From an uncultured virus (IMG/VR IMGVR_UViG_3300043256_000236) (lineage: Duplodnaviria > Heunggongvirae > Uroviricota > Caudoviricetes): DNA of 60,944 nt. The stretch lies in IMG/VR virus record IMGVR_UViG_3300043256_000236, positions 62,001-122,944 of that record; one strand, 5' to 3'. Below the pieces are notes generated by a model. It had not been told where the DNA came from and made no database searches. It was given only the letters and a program-made list of their open reading frames with translations. The translations under genes and the position numbers were made by a program. Shown in pieces: positions 1-10,261 of the stretch; position 1 is the stretch's first letter, and each line of letters starts with the position of its first letter.

Positions 1-2
1 AG

Positions 3-1664
3 TTCATATTAACGATTAGTAGTCTGCCGTCTGATGCTGATTTTATTGGAGAAACTGATAGGTTTTTGGATGTCAGAGCCCCTCAGGCTATCAAAGATAA
101 TTTCGGTAAATTTTTCGATACTATTGCCCAGGATCTTGTAGAAGTTTCTGAGGGAAAGTTAATAACTGCTGATGAAATTAAGGATAGATTCCGTAAAGAA
201 TTTGCTGATTTAGGCACGGGAGCTAGTGATGCTGTCGTTGAAAATGTTAGAAAATTCTTGCAAGGTACTTTCGCACAGATACAGGATGAACTTAGTCGGT
301 TAGGTACCATTAGGGGATTTGAAGCTGCCGTCTCCGTGAGACCAGAAAGTCAGGCAGATTTTCTAAGGACACAATTAATGCGTTCTGGGATAAATGCAGG
401 AGGTGTTTCCGCGGCAGATCAACAAGTGAGACAAAGAGGAACTATCAGTGAACTAGATCTGATAAGGAGGGAACAGAATGCACGTGTTGGTGGACGTAAC
501 CGCTTGAGTCTTCCCACACCAGAACAAGGATTCTTCGAGGGTAGAGGACAAGGTCTAGTCGATATAGCAGGCGACGAATCAGTTCGTCGACAAGTTCGTG
601 AGAGTTTTGCGAGTATGACCATAGTATTATCGGAAGCACGTAAAAGTTTGTCTGGATTAAAACCAGGTGCTGAAGGATTTGTTTTTGCTGCGGAAAGAGC
701 CAAGGAATTAGGACGTCAAGTGATAGAACTACAGGTTAGTTTACAAGCATTGGATCAAGCGACAAGTGCCGCTGCTGCGTCAGAATTAGAAACGTTAAAA
801 AGAAGGCAAAAATTTGATGTTATACAGAAGCAGGCCGGTCTTGTCGGGAGAGTAACACCCCTAAGAGGCGAAAGAATTATATTCGACCTACAGAAAAAAC
901 ACCTACAGGAACAAGCGGAATTACAAAACAGATATGATGTTATCATAGAAAAAGATCACGCTCTCAGAGTAGACTTAGCTAGAGAGATTAGCGATATCAA
1001 CCAGGTTGAATCACAAGAATTTGGAAGGTCAGTGAATTCTTTTGCTGAATCTACCCGCATACATATTACTGCTGCCGAACTAATGCACAAATCCATAGCT
1101 GATTTTGGACAATCAGTTATTGATTTCAAAAATCTCAGCACAAATACATTACCACTAGGGAATGATTCTACTAATAGCATCACTAATGAACAAATAAGGT
1201 CGGGTGGTTTTAGCAGATCACAAGATACATCAAATGCTCAGATAATAGGTGAAGATACCGACCAGGCGATACAACAAGAAATGCTAGATATTATGAATCG
1301 CGTCATAGAAGGACAAAATAAAGAATCTAGAGAATCTATTGACAGAGAAACTACTAAAGCTACTGGCTCGGACAAGTCGCGTGACGAACAAGGTGTGAAA
1401 ATTGCACAACTGACAGAAAGTTTGAACAACCTACACGGTATTCTTAGTGAACCAAATGAGTTAAAGTTGGTAACAGATCAACGTATAGATTTAGATATAT
1501 CGACCCTACCATCAGATATATCCGCTGAGATTCGTCCCCTCCTAGTAGCTGCTGCTACGCTTGCTGCGGAGACAGTATCTAGAAAAGTTATGGAGAGCTT
1601 AGCATCTAAGGGCGATTCTGAATTGTCGATAGCAGCGACAGATGTAGCGCAGGAGTTAGAATAA
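3..1664 (+). CDS. C-terminal part of a large helical virion protein, probably tape-measure-like (5' truncated by the window)
   Basis: Frame is open from base 3; Ala/Gln/Glu/Arg-rich, coiled-coil-like sequence; lies directly upstream of tail-like genes. Confidence 0.45.
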   Translation, partial: FILTISSLPSDADFIGETDRFLDVRAPQAIKDNFGKFFDTIAQDLVEVSEGKLITADEIKDRFRKEFADLGTGASDAVVENVRKFLQGTFAQIQDELSRLGTIRGFEAAVSVRPESQADFLRTQLMRSGINAGGVSAADQQVRQRGTISELDLIRREQNARVGGRNRLSLPTPEQGFFEGRGQGLVDIAGDESVRRQVRESFASMTIVLSEARKSLSGLKPGAEGFVFAAERAKELGRQVIELQVSLQALDQATSAAAASELETLKRRQKFDVIQKQAGLVGRVTPLRGERIIFDLQKKHLQEQAELQNRYDVIIEKDHALRVDLAREISDINQVESQEFGRSVNSFAESTRIHITAAELMHKSIADFGQSVIDFKNLSTNTLPLGNDSTNSITNEQIRSGGFSRSQDTSNAQIIGEDTDQAIQQEMLDIMNRVIEGQNKESRESIDRETTKATGSDKSRDEQGVKIAQLTESLNNLHGILSEPNELKLVTDQRIDLDISTLPSDISAEIRPLLVAAATLAAETVSRKVMESLASKGDSELSIAATDVAQELE

Positions 1665-1665
1665 A

Positions 1666-3474
1666 ATGCCTTCTGGATTGTTACATGACGAAAATGTAAT
1701 CTTCTATCATCCATTGGATGATTTTACTGAATATACCAAGGGTCTAGCGTGGACTTCCCTGGATAGCAGCTCAAGTTTCGTTCCTGGAATATTGGTCAGT
1801 GGTATCAAGCTTGATCCAGGTGAGGCGTTTGAAAGAATAGTATACCCTGCTTCTACGTATGATTCAATAGAAAATGCAAGTGGTCTAACTGCCTCTGTTT
1901 GGGTTAGTGGTTTCCTGACCTCAGACACCGTCCAAAGATTAGTAAATATAGGAATAGCCGACGACACTATCCCCGCCGAAAGAAACGACGCAATATTATA
2001 CAAGATTGGAACTACTGATGGATTTAATTCCGCTGGTAGACTCGATGGTACTTTTGGGTCTAAAGTATGGTCACCACCACCAACTAACGATACCGATTGG
2101 CATTTTTTCGTAATAGACCTTAGGTATGAAGGAACTGGGTGGAGACATCGAGTTAGTTTGGATGGTGCGGATTGGTTGGACTTAGGAGTTAGCGCACACG
2201 GTGGAGATATCGCGACCGCAGACTCTAGGCCAATTATAAGAATAGATGATAGTACTACTGCCACGATCGTAGTAGATGAAGTTGTTTTCTGGGGAGATAA
2301 CAACCTTTTTACTGCTCAAGAACTATCTAATTTATATGAATTATACAACACTTATAACACTACAATGGACCAATATACCTCGATTTTTGCAACCCCAGCA
2401 AGTGGAGGAATAGATCTTTTTGTCAATGGCCATGCAAGTTCTTATGGAAGTATTTCTCTCTATATACCAGCACAGTATGAGACGGGATCAATAGATCTGT
2501 TTCTAGCTTCTTCGCCACCAACCAGCGGTAGTGTAGACAACTTTATACACGGACACCTAGCCGTATTAGATAACAAAGATCAATACATCAAAGGGCACGA
2601 ATCTGTTTCTGGTGAAGTAGACTTGTATATAAATGCAATACTTGGCTCGTCGTCACCTCTGTACATACGGGGTCCGTTACCATCATCAAGTTCTTTGGAT
2701 AATATCATTACGGGACATATTGCCGTATCTGGTGAATTCTCATTGTTCGTTGATGGCGGGACTATCATCAATGCATTTGTAGGTGTCAATGATAACATAG
2801 AATCTGATATTGTGGACTTATTCGTCCATGGTGTCCCGTCTGGTTCTAGTCCAACTACCTCATACACCAATAATTCAATAGGATTATTTATAAGCGACGA
2901 CGGAGATAATGACACACTAACTTTCAATCGTAACTCGTTTGTGCGAGTGGACGATCCAATATCTACGCCAAGTAGTGGTGCGTGGACGTCATTTGTAAAG
3001 GTTGGTAACTCTACAAATAACACAATGAATTTATATACCAATGGTCATGCTTCTGGTGAGCAACCGAATGGCATTTTAGTCACCAATTCGTTCTCAACAT
3101 TTATAGAAGGTTTGTCTACGAATAGTGGAGACCAGGGATTATTAGAGGACGGTTTTTCTTTTATAGCTGAGCAAACAGCCAGTTTTGCTAAGGTGTACGA
3201 TGGAGTCAGTAACGGATTTAATCTATATACATCCGGAGTAATACCTGTGGCACCACCGTCAGCGGTTTTGGATATGTTCGTGTTTGGTATTACTGGAACT
3301 GAGTCTGGTTTTTTTGATTATTATGTAAAAGGCAAGGCGGCTGTGTATAATGATATAGACCTATTTGTTTTCGGCATAATTGGATTACCATCCGACAGTG
3401 TCTCTTTGTATCTGGAAGTAACTGCTACTGGGGTATTAAATTCAAGCAATAATGTCTATATACATGGTTATTAA
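1666..3474 (+). CDS. Virion protein with N-terminal LamG/ConA-like domain and C-terminal ~14-aa repeats (tail fibre/decoration-like)
   Basis: LamG-like motifs (FYHPLD, TASVWV, WHFFV, VDEVVFW..LFTAQELSNLY) followed by repeats like SGxIDLFIxGH. Confidence 0.55.
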   Translation: MPSGLLHDENVIFYHPLDDFTEYTKGLAWTSLDSSSSFVPGILVSGIKLDPGEAFERIVYPASTYDSIENASGLTASVWVSGFLTSDTVQRLVNIGIADDTIPAERNDAILYKIGTTDGFNSAGRLDGTFGSKVWSPPPTNDTDWHFFVIDLRYEGTGWRHRVSLDGADWLDLGVSAHGGDIATADSRPIIRIDDSTTATIVVDEVVFWGDNNLFTAQELSNLYELYNTYNTTMDQYTSIFATPASGGIDLFVNGHASSYGSISLYIPAQYETGSIDLFLASSPPTSGSVDNFIHGHLAVLDNKDQYIKGHESVSGEVDLYINAILGSSSPLYIRGPLPSSSSLDNIITGHIAVSGEFSLFVDGGTIINAFVGVNDNIESDIVDLFVHGVPSGSSPTTSYTNNSIGLFISDDGDNDTLTFNRNSFVRVDDPISTPSSGAWTSFVKVGNSTNNTMNLYTNGHASGEQPNGILVTNSFSTFIEGLSTNSGDQGLLEDGFSFIAEQTASFAKVYDGVSNGFNLYTSGVIPVAPPSAVLDMFVFGITGTESGFFDYYVKGKAAVYNDIDLFVFGIIGLPSDSVSLYLEVTATGVLNSSNNVYIHGY

Positions 3475-3492
3475 CATTGGAAAGGTGATGTT

Positions 3493-5205
3493 ATGTCTTT
3501 AGTTTACACAAAATCTGATAGTGTAGGAAGAAAAATAATACCAGCTCCGATAGTATCGATAGCTAAAAGTTACGAGACTAACGACAATGATGTGAAAAAA
3601 GGAACTACATACTCCATAGTTCTGAAGGGGACCTTACTGCCGTACAATGGAAGCCCCAGTGGATCTTACACAAGTATTTCCGATTCGTTTTGGAACCTTG
3701 GTGGATATCCACCAGATCAACAAATAGGGATCATTGGTGGTGAACCATTCGATTTATTACTTAGAAAACAAGAGTCTCTGAGGTGGTTATTTAATGAGGA
3801 TGGTGGTGCTCTAGAATGGCAACCAGCAGGCGGTCAGCCTCCGGTTAAGTGTTATCCTAAGGTAATATCCATCAATTTCCAAGAAGGACAGTGGGCGGAT
3901 AGATGTGATTATGAAATATCCTTAACTGCTTCATTAATCTACATAAATGGTACAGTGGATTCAGAAGATGATTTTTCTGATGACTTTATATCGTCATCCA
4001 ACGAAACCTGGTCATTCGAAGAAGTGGATGGTCGGGAAAATAAACAATACAAGGTTGTTCACGAGGTAAATGCTAAAGGTAAGTTAGGATATGATTCTGT
4101 TGGGCATTTACAAGATGATAAACAGGCGTGGGAAAATGCTAAAGATTATGTTGATACCAGAGTTAATGGTATTGTAGATAACGATGTAATGTTCGCATCT
4201 TTAGGTGCTATCGATAAAATTACTGGACAATATAGCACAGTTATAAAGACCGACCAGGATGGTGGAACATATGGTATTACGGAAGAATGGTTGTTATCAG
4301 ATGAAACTACCTACGAAGAAAGACAATTTTCCGTAGATTATGACCACGTTAAGGATGAATACAACATTACTTATCAAGGAACTATACATGGTGTCACAGC
4401 AGATAGTCTCACTGGAGAAGTATCCAACATTGATGTTGCCAAATCTAATATTCCAGACATAGCAACGGCTAATGCAACTGCTACGTCATATGTTGGATCA
4501 CTGTTAGATGGACAGACAATACCCGCCTTCCCTAGTAAAGAGACATTTGCTTTGAACCAACTGGATGGCACGGTATCATTTACATACCAGTGGAACACAG
4601 CAGACGACGGTCTATCATATATATCAGATGACTCTCAATTATCATACTCAACAGACGACCTACTTCACACATTAACTCTAACCCAGACAGTAAACGGCAA
4701 AGGATCAACTCCAAGTTCTCGACTAGTTAATGCACGACAATCGGTATATAGTAATAGCGAAGCTCTTTTGCAAGCCAAGAGTATCGCCGCAACATCATTG
4801 GTTTACAATTTATCGTCTACAGTTCAACTCATTGATCCAAGAGAAGGAACCATTAAAACTACTTGGGTATGGACTGATAGGGACAGTAATAATTTATCGG
4901 TTACAGTTCAAACTCAAGAACAAGTTCCTGTATTAGCTACTATACCCATTCCTGGTAGAGCAAATGGTCCAATAATACAAAACATGAATACATTAAGTTC
5001 TGAGGTTGTTACTGTAACAATGAAATCTACAAGAAATACTGTGGGATCTAATCCTAAAATACCACGGAAACCAACCAATTTGGATCCATTATTATATCTT
5101 GATCCAGGAACCGTAGTACTTTACGTATTGAGTGATGTTGAAACATGGAATCCAATAACTAGTGCAGCAGAAAGAGTCACGAGATATCTTATAGATACAC
5201 AATAG
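3493..5205 (+). CDS. Putative tail structural protein
   Basis: 570-aa acidic, beta-rich ORF with RBS AAGGTG; structural-gene context. Confidence 0.45.
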   Translation: MSLVYTKSDSVGRKIIPAPIVSIAKSYETNDNDVKKGTTYSIVLKGTLLPYNGSPSGSYTSISDSFWNLGGYPPDQQIGIIGGEPFDLLLRKQESLRWLFNEDGGALEWQPAGGQPPVKCYPKVISINFQEGQWADRCDYEISLTASLIYINGTVDSEDDFSDDFISSSNETWSFEEVDGRENKQYKVVHEVNAKGKLGYDSVGHLQDDKQAWENAKDYVDTRVNGIVDNDVMFASLGAIDKITGQYSTVIKTDQDGGTYGITEEWLLSDETTYEERQFSVDYDHVKDEYNITYQGTIHGVTADSLTGEVSNIDVAKSNIPDIATANATATSYVGSLLDGQTIPAFPSKETFALNQLDGTVSFTYQWNTADDGLSYISDDSQLSYSTDDLLHTLTLTQTVNGKGSTPSSRLVNARQSVYSNSEALLQAKSIAATSLVYNLSSTVQLIDPREGTIKTTWVWTDRDSNNLSVTVQTQEQVPVLATIPIPGRANGPIIQNMNTLSSEVVTVTMKSTRNTVGSNPKIPRKPTNLDPLLYLDPGTVVLYVLSDVETWNPITSAAERVTRYLIDTQ

Positions 5206-5217
5206 GGGGGATTATTA

Positions 5218-7719
5218 ATGGCAGGACAGGTACAAAGTTATCAATCTTACCACCTATTTGGTGGATTAGTACGTAATATCAATACGACATTGGGTATAAA
5301 TCAAAATCCTACTGTTGTGACAGTTTCTGTGGTAAAGGATACGCAAGGTATAACTGTTGAAAATAGACGACTTACGCACATACAAATAGGTGTATTTGAT
5401 TTTCGTGGTATAGTACAGTCGTGGAGTCGGGCGAAGGTTGACATATCTGGTAAAGATGTTTATCAGATACGTATAACAGACACCAAACCAGTATTGAATG
5501 CAGCTAACGTGATTATTGGATCTTCGTTCGACAGTGACGGTAGTCTATTGTCAACCATGACGCAATCTGAAAATTACGGGGATAATGTCATATCTATCCT
5601 CCCCAATAATGCATCACAAATAATTGAGGGTATCCCCTTTGCAACGATAAAGAGTGCTGTAGAAAGTTCTGAAATTAAATACGGAAATTCAAGATATACG
5701 GTAAAATTTAATTTCACTTTACCTGGTAGGGGAAGTGAGGTTGAATACTCCTTGGGCGGCAGAGCCCTTTCTTTGTTGGAATTAATATCTCAGATAGGTA
5801 ATGATCATGGCCTGGATTGGTTCGTAACAACCTCTGAAGATAATGTTATTTCTATAAATATGTATGGCAGAACAAGTATAACAGACAAGACTGTCGATCA
5901 ATTAGCTGCATTACATCAGGGTGCCATTATTAAAAGACACGAAGGAGAGGAAAATAGGGATGCTGTTCAGAGAGTTGTTCTGATAGGTGGACATAGAACT
6001 CGTCTTAGTAAGATAAGTGGATCACAATGGGAACAATTTTGGGGATTTGACTCTAATGGAGACAAAAGATCAGAGCCCGTATACTCAATAGAAGAAATGA
6101 CTAAAATAATCAACAACAATTTTACATCAGACGACTACACAGAAGATGATGCTCAAAAAATCTTATCTTATGCTAATGAATTTTGGGGACGAAAATTTAT
6201 TTCTAGCGTTGGTTCTGCCGTGATCGGTTCTGATGGTGAATCGTGGGTATTACCAACTAGTGCCGGATGGTGGTCATCCGATTCCCCACCAGAAAATCTA
6301 GATCAGGATGGTAGATTGAAATTTCAAACAGAGGATGGAAGATGGGTTACTTTTATTGCCCTTGCAATACCCGGCAATAGATTCGCTTTTGGTCCTCATG
6401 CTCTAAACTACGAATGGGATGATGAATTATTTTCTAATCCAAATACACATATCAACGACAATAATACTATTTGTATGAAATCATCTTTGGAAATTGTTGA
6501 TACTGCACAGGGTGGCGATAAATATTTTTTGATAACAACTGCTACTCCATTGCGAGTACAATCATCTACAGAAGTAACTGAAGATTCTGTTACTTCTACA
6601 GTAACTACCAAGACGAGAGCTGATAATTTGGGATATTTATATTTAGCAGTTATTGATCAGAGGTTGACATATGGTCCATGGTCTAACGGGAATAACGCAA
6701 TTGGTCGCGCTGATGTACTAATTGACACATCTTTGACTCCGTGGAATTTCGGGTACAGAGGTATTAATGACACGATTGGTCTGAATTTATTGGATCAAGT
6801 TGCTAGAGCAAAAATCAAGACAGTTGCAGATACTGTTATGGATGCAAAGACGGTTGAATTAGAGGTCGCAGGATTACCTCAAATAAACTTAGGTGATCAA
6901 TTACAAACAACAGGTGCTATAACCTCTATCCAAATAGTATTTGCTGTTAACGGCGTAAGAACTACATATAAATCACTGCAATACACCAATGATTTATCTA
7001 AACATCTAAGAAAACAACAGGACTTACTAGATCTACTTAGACGTCAAGCATCTGAATTTAATAACAAAACCGATAAGGATTTGGAACTAGACAAGGCTGT
7101 TAGATCATTAAAAAATGACATACCTGACCCACCAATAGACGCCGGTAATGAAGGGCAACCTACTAGACGCGAGCTTAGAACATTACTTGGGAGAGTATAT
7201 GCACGCAGTAGTTTGGATCAACCTAAATATAATGTCACGCCAATGGCGTGGTCTAGTGATATTTTTGGTGAACTTACTCTTGTCAGAGATCCTGTTGTTT
7301 TCGGGAATTATCTAAATGTGGTAAACATGAGTGAAAAACAAACTGCCCAAGGACGCTTGGCTGTAGGTACTGATGTTCAAATAAAAGAATTTGCCATTAC
7401 TGATGGTGGAATAGTTTCGTATTATATGGATATTTCTGTATCTCCAACAGAGAGTTTCAAAGCAACTATCAATTTACACGTGAGCAATAGTCAACCGACA
7501 TACAAGGTTACACCAGTGAATAATAGTGTGCAAGAAATCAATTTAACAGATAGGGAGCGTTTATCATTGAATGAAGTCCTGAATATCGGAGAACCAGCAA
7601 ATTTCCGTGGATATATAGACACGGGTACGGAAGTGACGATTAATTGGAATGAAAATTCTGACGGATCTTTTACTCCATTTATGGAACAGCAACTCAATCT
7701 ATTTTTGCCACCATTTTAA
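5218..7719 (+). CDS. Putative tail/baseplate hub-like protein
   Basis: 833-aa ORF; LSLLELISQIGNDHGLDWFV and GEENRD..RVVLIGG resemble phage hub proteins; C-terminus has two similar YxVTP...LNVxNxxE units. Confidence 0.45.
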   Translation: MAGQVQSYQSYHLFGGLVRNINTTLGINQNPTVVTVSVVKDTQGITVENRRLTHIQIGVFDFRGIVQSWSRAKVDISGKDVYQIRITDTKPVLNAANVIIGSSFDSDGSLLSTMTQSENYGDNVISILPNNASQIIEGIPFATIKSAVESSEIKYGNSRYTVKFNFTLPGRGSEVEYSLGGRALSLLELISQIGNDHGLDWFVTTSEDNVISINMYGRTSITDKTVDQLAALHQGAIIKRHEGEENRDAVQRVVLIGGHRTRLSKISGSQWEQFWGFDSNGDKRSEPVYSIEEMTKIINNNFTSDDYTEDDAQKILSYANEFWGRKFISSVGSAVIGSDGESWVLPTSAGWWSSDSPPENLDQDGRLKFQTEDGRWVTFIALAIPGNRFAFGPHALNYEWDDELFSNPNTHINDNNTICMKSSLEIVDTAQGGDKYFLITTATPLRVQSSTEVTEDSVTSTVTTKTRADNLGYLYLAVIDQRLTYGPWSNGNNAIGRADVLIDTSLTPWNFGYRGINDTIGLNLLDQVARAKIKTVADTVMDAKTVELEVAGLPQINLGDQLQTTGAITSIQIVFAVNGVRTTYKSLQYTNDLSKHLRKQQDLLDLLRRQASEFNNKTDKDLELDKAVRSLKNDIPDPPIDAGNEGQPTRRELRTLLGRVYARSSLDQPKYNVTPMAWSSDIFGELTLVRDPVVFGNYLNVVNMSEKQTAQGRLAVGTDVQIKEFAITDGGIVSYYMDISVSPTESFKATINLHVSNSQPTYKVTPVNNSVQEINLTDRERLSLNEVLNIGEPANFRGYIDTGTEVTINWNENSDGSFTPFMEQQLNLFLPPF

Positions 7720-7731
7720 GGGAGATGTCTT

Positions 7732-8832
7732 ATGAGGGTGGGACCGAATCAAGATATAAATAATCCTGAAGTACTTATAACATTGGCATATGATTTTCAA
7801 CGTCAAAGTGATGATTTTGGAGATCTGTTAGCAGAATACAATGCACAAAATCCTGATGTGAATAGTGGGGCAACTATCGTTGATGTATCAATTCCATTTC
7901 TTAAAACTGACGGTTCTACGCAATTATTACATGGAGAGAGTATAGAACCAAGTGGCAACACCCTTTTATATGATATCGATTTAGTTTCTAATTCTGTTAT
8001 CACAACTTATATCAACTTAGCTGAACGTTTTAGAGATTATTGGGAAACTTTGAATAATGTCATAGATCAGGTTGGTCCATGGACCTATGATACGGAGAAC
8101 GATATTGATCCAGAAGGGCCTATTTTTCTAGATTTTGGTAACAACATATCGCGTATACGTGGATCACTGGGGGGGGTATCCTACACAACAACATCGTTTT
8201 CTTATTCCCCGTCTTCGTCCCAACCTATTCCTGCTTGGACTGGCGTTGGACCTACTTATTATAACTACAGTACGCATCCACAATTATTACGAGAAATAGG
8301 CGATATGTCATTGATTAAAAATACAGATTCTGATATATCTTGGGAAACTATTTATTGGTATACTAAAGACACGGATAATGGCGGGAGCTTTAGGGGTGCT
8401 GATGCATATTTTGGGGCTAATCCAAATCTCGGCTATCCTGCAGAACTACAGTATATACAATTCTACAATGATAAAACATTTCCTATATATATATCATTAT
8501 CTATGAGTATTGCTTCAACAATGGAAGCTGCCTTTAGCGCTGGTCTTAGTTCATGGGCTGAAATTGGTGATCTTGATGATTATCCAACTCCTTTTGGAGG
8601 TGAAAAATCCTTTTTATCTTCATGGATGTCAGTTGGTCAAGCAGCAACACCAGGTGAAGTTGTAAGTTTAAGTGCAGAAAGAACTGTAGAGATACCACCT
8701 GGAAAATCTGCATTTATAGGGTGTCAAGGTAGTACAGGTACGGCATCTTTCCAAGACGGAGATACTGGTTCCGTATCTATAACGCTAACGCTGGATGAAA
8801 AGACAATCACACATTCCGCTGTCCTTGGATAA
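7732..8832 (+). CDS. Putative virion protein
   Basis: 366-aa acidic, beta-rich ORF with RBS AGGGAG; structural context. Confidence 0.4.
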   Translation: MRVGPNQDINNPEVLITLAYDFQRQSDDFGDLLAEYNAQNPDVNSGATIVDVSIPFLKTDGSTQLLHGESIEPSGNTLLYDIDLVSNSVITTYINLAERFRDYWETLNNVIDQVGPWTYDTENDIDPEGPIFLDFGNNISRIRGSLGGVSYTTTSFSYSPSSSQPIPAWTGVGPTYYNYSTHPQLLREIGDMSLIKNTDSDISWETIYWYTKDTDNGGSFRGADAYFGANPNLGYPAELQYIQFYNDKTFPIYISLSMSIASTMEAAFSAGLSSWAEIGDLDDYPTPFGGEKSFLSSWMSVGQAATPGEVVSLSAERTVEIPPGKSAFIGCQGSTGTASFQDGDTGSVSITLTLDEKTITHSAVLG

Positions 8833-8837
8833 CTAAT

Positions 8838-8846
8838 TGTGTATAA
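8838..8846 (+). promoter_or_regulatory. Putative late promoter motif TGTGTATAA
   Basis: Intergenic; identical 9-mer at 9478 (+), 54962-54970 (-) and 3342 (+). Confidence 0.55.
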
Positions 8847-8866
8847 ACAAGTGAAAGGAATACAAA

Positions 8867-9475
8867 ATGGCTGAAGTTAAGATGTACGTAGCAGAAACTG
8901 ATGTTTATATCAGTACTGATGAATCATTGGGATTTTTTGGTCCTGCTGGGTTCGGAGATCCATTATCACTTGGCGAATTCAATGGTCGTACATTCATTAC
9001 AAATTCAAGTGGTTCTGTATCTTATACAGAATGTGACAACTGTAAAAAAGTATCAACATCTGGTGTTGTTATAGGACAGGTGGGAGATGGGATCAATTTA
9101 CAGAATCTTCCAAATTACCTAGCAACGCTGAATATAAGGTTTACACATCCACAAGCAGTATTAGTACAAGATGCTAGATTAATAGTATCCGATGGTAGTT
9201 CTAGTGCACCTGTTGGTTTAAGTGTGTATGGCGCAGAGATAATACATACAAGTAAGTTACAAACAGATGTTGGAACTGGAGATACGGAATGGCAACTAAT
9301 GGATGGTTCAGACAACCCATTGTATTTAGTTAGTTCCCCAGGGGAATCTGGGTTTAGTCCTTTGGGACCAGCCACATTAGATACCAGACACGATTGGTAT
9401 TGTGCTATGTCTGTTGCCCCAACATTACCTGGGGATAAACAGTTTGTTTTGGAAGTTTCTCTCGAATTCATCTAA
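8867..9475 (+). CDS. Virion protein, paralogue of the next gene
   Basis: Shares GFFG, TFI, NCK, TLNIRFT, L.SSPG.SG.SP.G and DTRHDWY with 9534..10175. Confidence 0.55.
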   Translation: MAEVKMYVAETDVYISTDESLGFFGPAGFGDPLSLGEFNGRTFITNSSGSVSYTECDNCKKVSTSGVVIGQVGDGINLQNLPNYLATLNIRFTHPQAVLVQDARLIVSDGSSSAPVGLSVYGAEIIHTSKLQTDVGTGDTEWQLMDGSDNPLYLVSSPGESGFSPLGPATLDTRHDWYCAMSVAPTLPGDKQFVLEVSLEFI

Positions 9476-9477
9476 AA

Positions 9478-9486
9478 TGTGTATAA
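9478..9486 (+). promoter_or_regulatory. Putative late promoter motif TGTGTATAA
   Basis: Intergenic repeat of the 8838 motif, upstream of a strong RBS. Confidence 0.55.
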
Positions 9487-9533
9487 TATATTGGTTAAAT
9501 GTATGTTTTTAATACAAAAAGGAGGTGAAAAAC

Positions 9534-10175
9534 ATGGCAGCAGCAATTAACTTTTATGCAGGAGAGGGAGCGGGGGTTTGGACAGATCTTAGTTCGTCTG
9601 GTATGGGCTTTTTCGGTGCTACATTTGGGACTTCGGTTCAAGTCGGGCAGTATCAAGATAGCACTTTCATAAGTTCAGCTAACGGCGCTTCGGAGGGTCC
9701 TCAAGCCACTAACTGTAAGTATGACACGTCTGATGGTTCTGGAACAATCATCAATGGAGATGTGGCAGTGGCCCCGTCTGCGGTACCTATCAACTCAGGG
9801 ACCATGAATATAAGGTTTACTTTTGATACGGTTGTCAAAACGCAGAATTGTCAACTACGTATCTTCGATAGGACGACCATTACCAACGGAGCAACTGGTG
9901 TAATTACACAAGTACTTCAAGTTTCCAACGGAGGTTCTGGAGTAAGTTCGAGTGGAACAGCAGAAGCACCAGCCAGTCATACGGGATGGATAGCTCCGTC
10001 TGGCTCTGGCGTAACAGTGGCACTTCTGAGCAGTGCTGGTAGTGGTGGTCTTAGTCCTTCCGGTACCGACACCACAGACACACGACACGACTGGTACGCT
10101 TGTCTATCGGCTACTCCAACCAGTATTGGTTCCAAGGAATTATTCGGACTTTATTGTCAGTTGGAATATTTGTAA
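9534..10175 (+). CDS. Ser/Gly-rich virion protein, paralogue of the previous gene
   Basis: ATG at 9534 follows RBS AAGGAGGT; shared motifs including DTRHDWY. Confidence 0.55.
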   Translation: MAAAINFYAGEGAGVWTDLSSSGMGFFGATFGTSVQVGQYQDSTFISSANGASEGPQATNCKYDTSDGSGTIINGDVAVAPSAVPINSGTMNIRFTFDTVVKTQNCQLRIFDRTTITNGATGVITQVLQVSNGGSGVSSSGTAEAPASHTGWIAPSGSGVTVALLSSAGSGGLSPSGTDTTDTRHDWYACLSATPTSIGSKELFGLYCQLEYL

Positions 10176-10204
10176 CCTATTATAAGATAAGAACTTAGGA
10201 AAAC

Positions 10205-10249
10205 AGGAGTGTTGATTGTCCCGGCGATCATAGCTCCTTCTTTTATTTT
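10205..10249 (+). terminator. Putative intrinsic terminator
   Basis: AGGAG...CTCCT outer stem with an inner TGATTG/CGATCA stem (G-U pairs), followed by TCTTTTATTTT. Confidence 0.5.
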
Positions 10250-10261
10250 CGGATACTAAAT

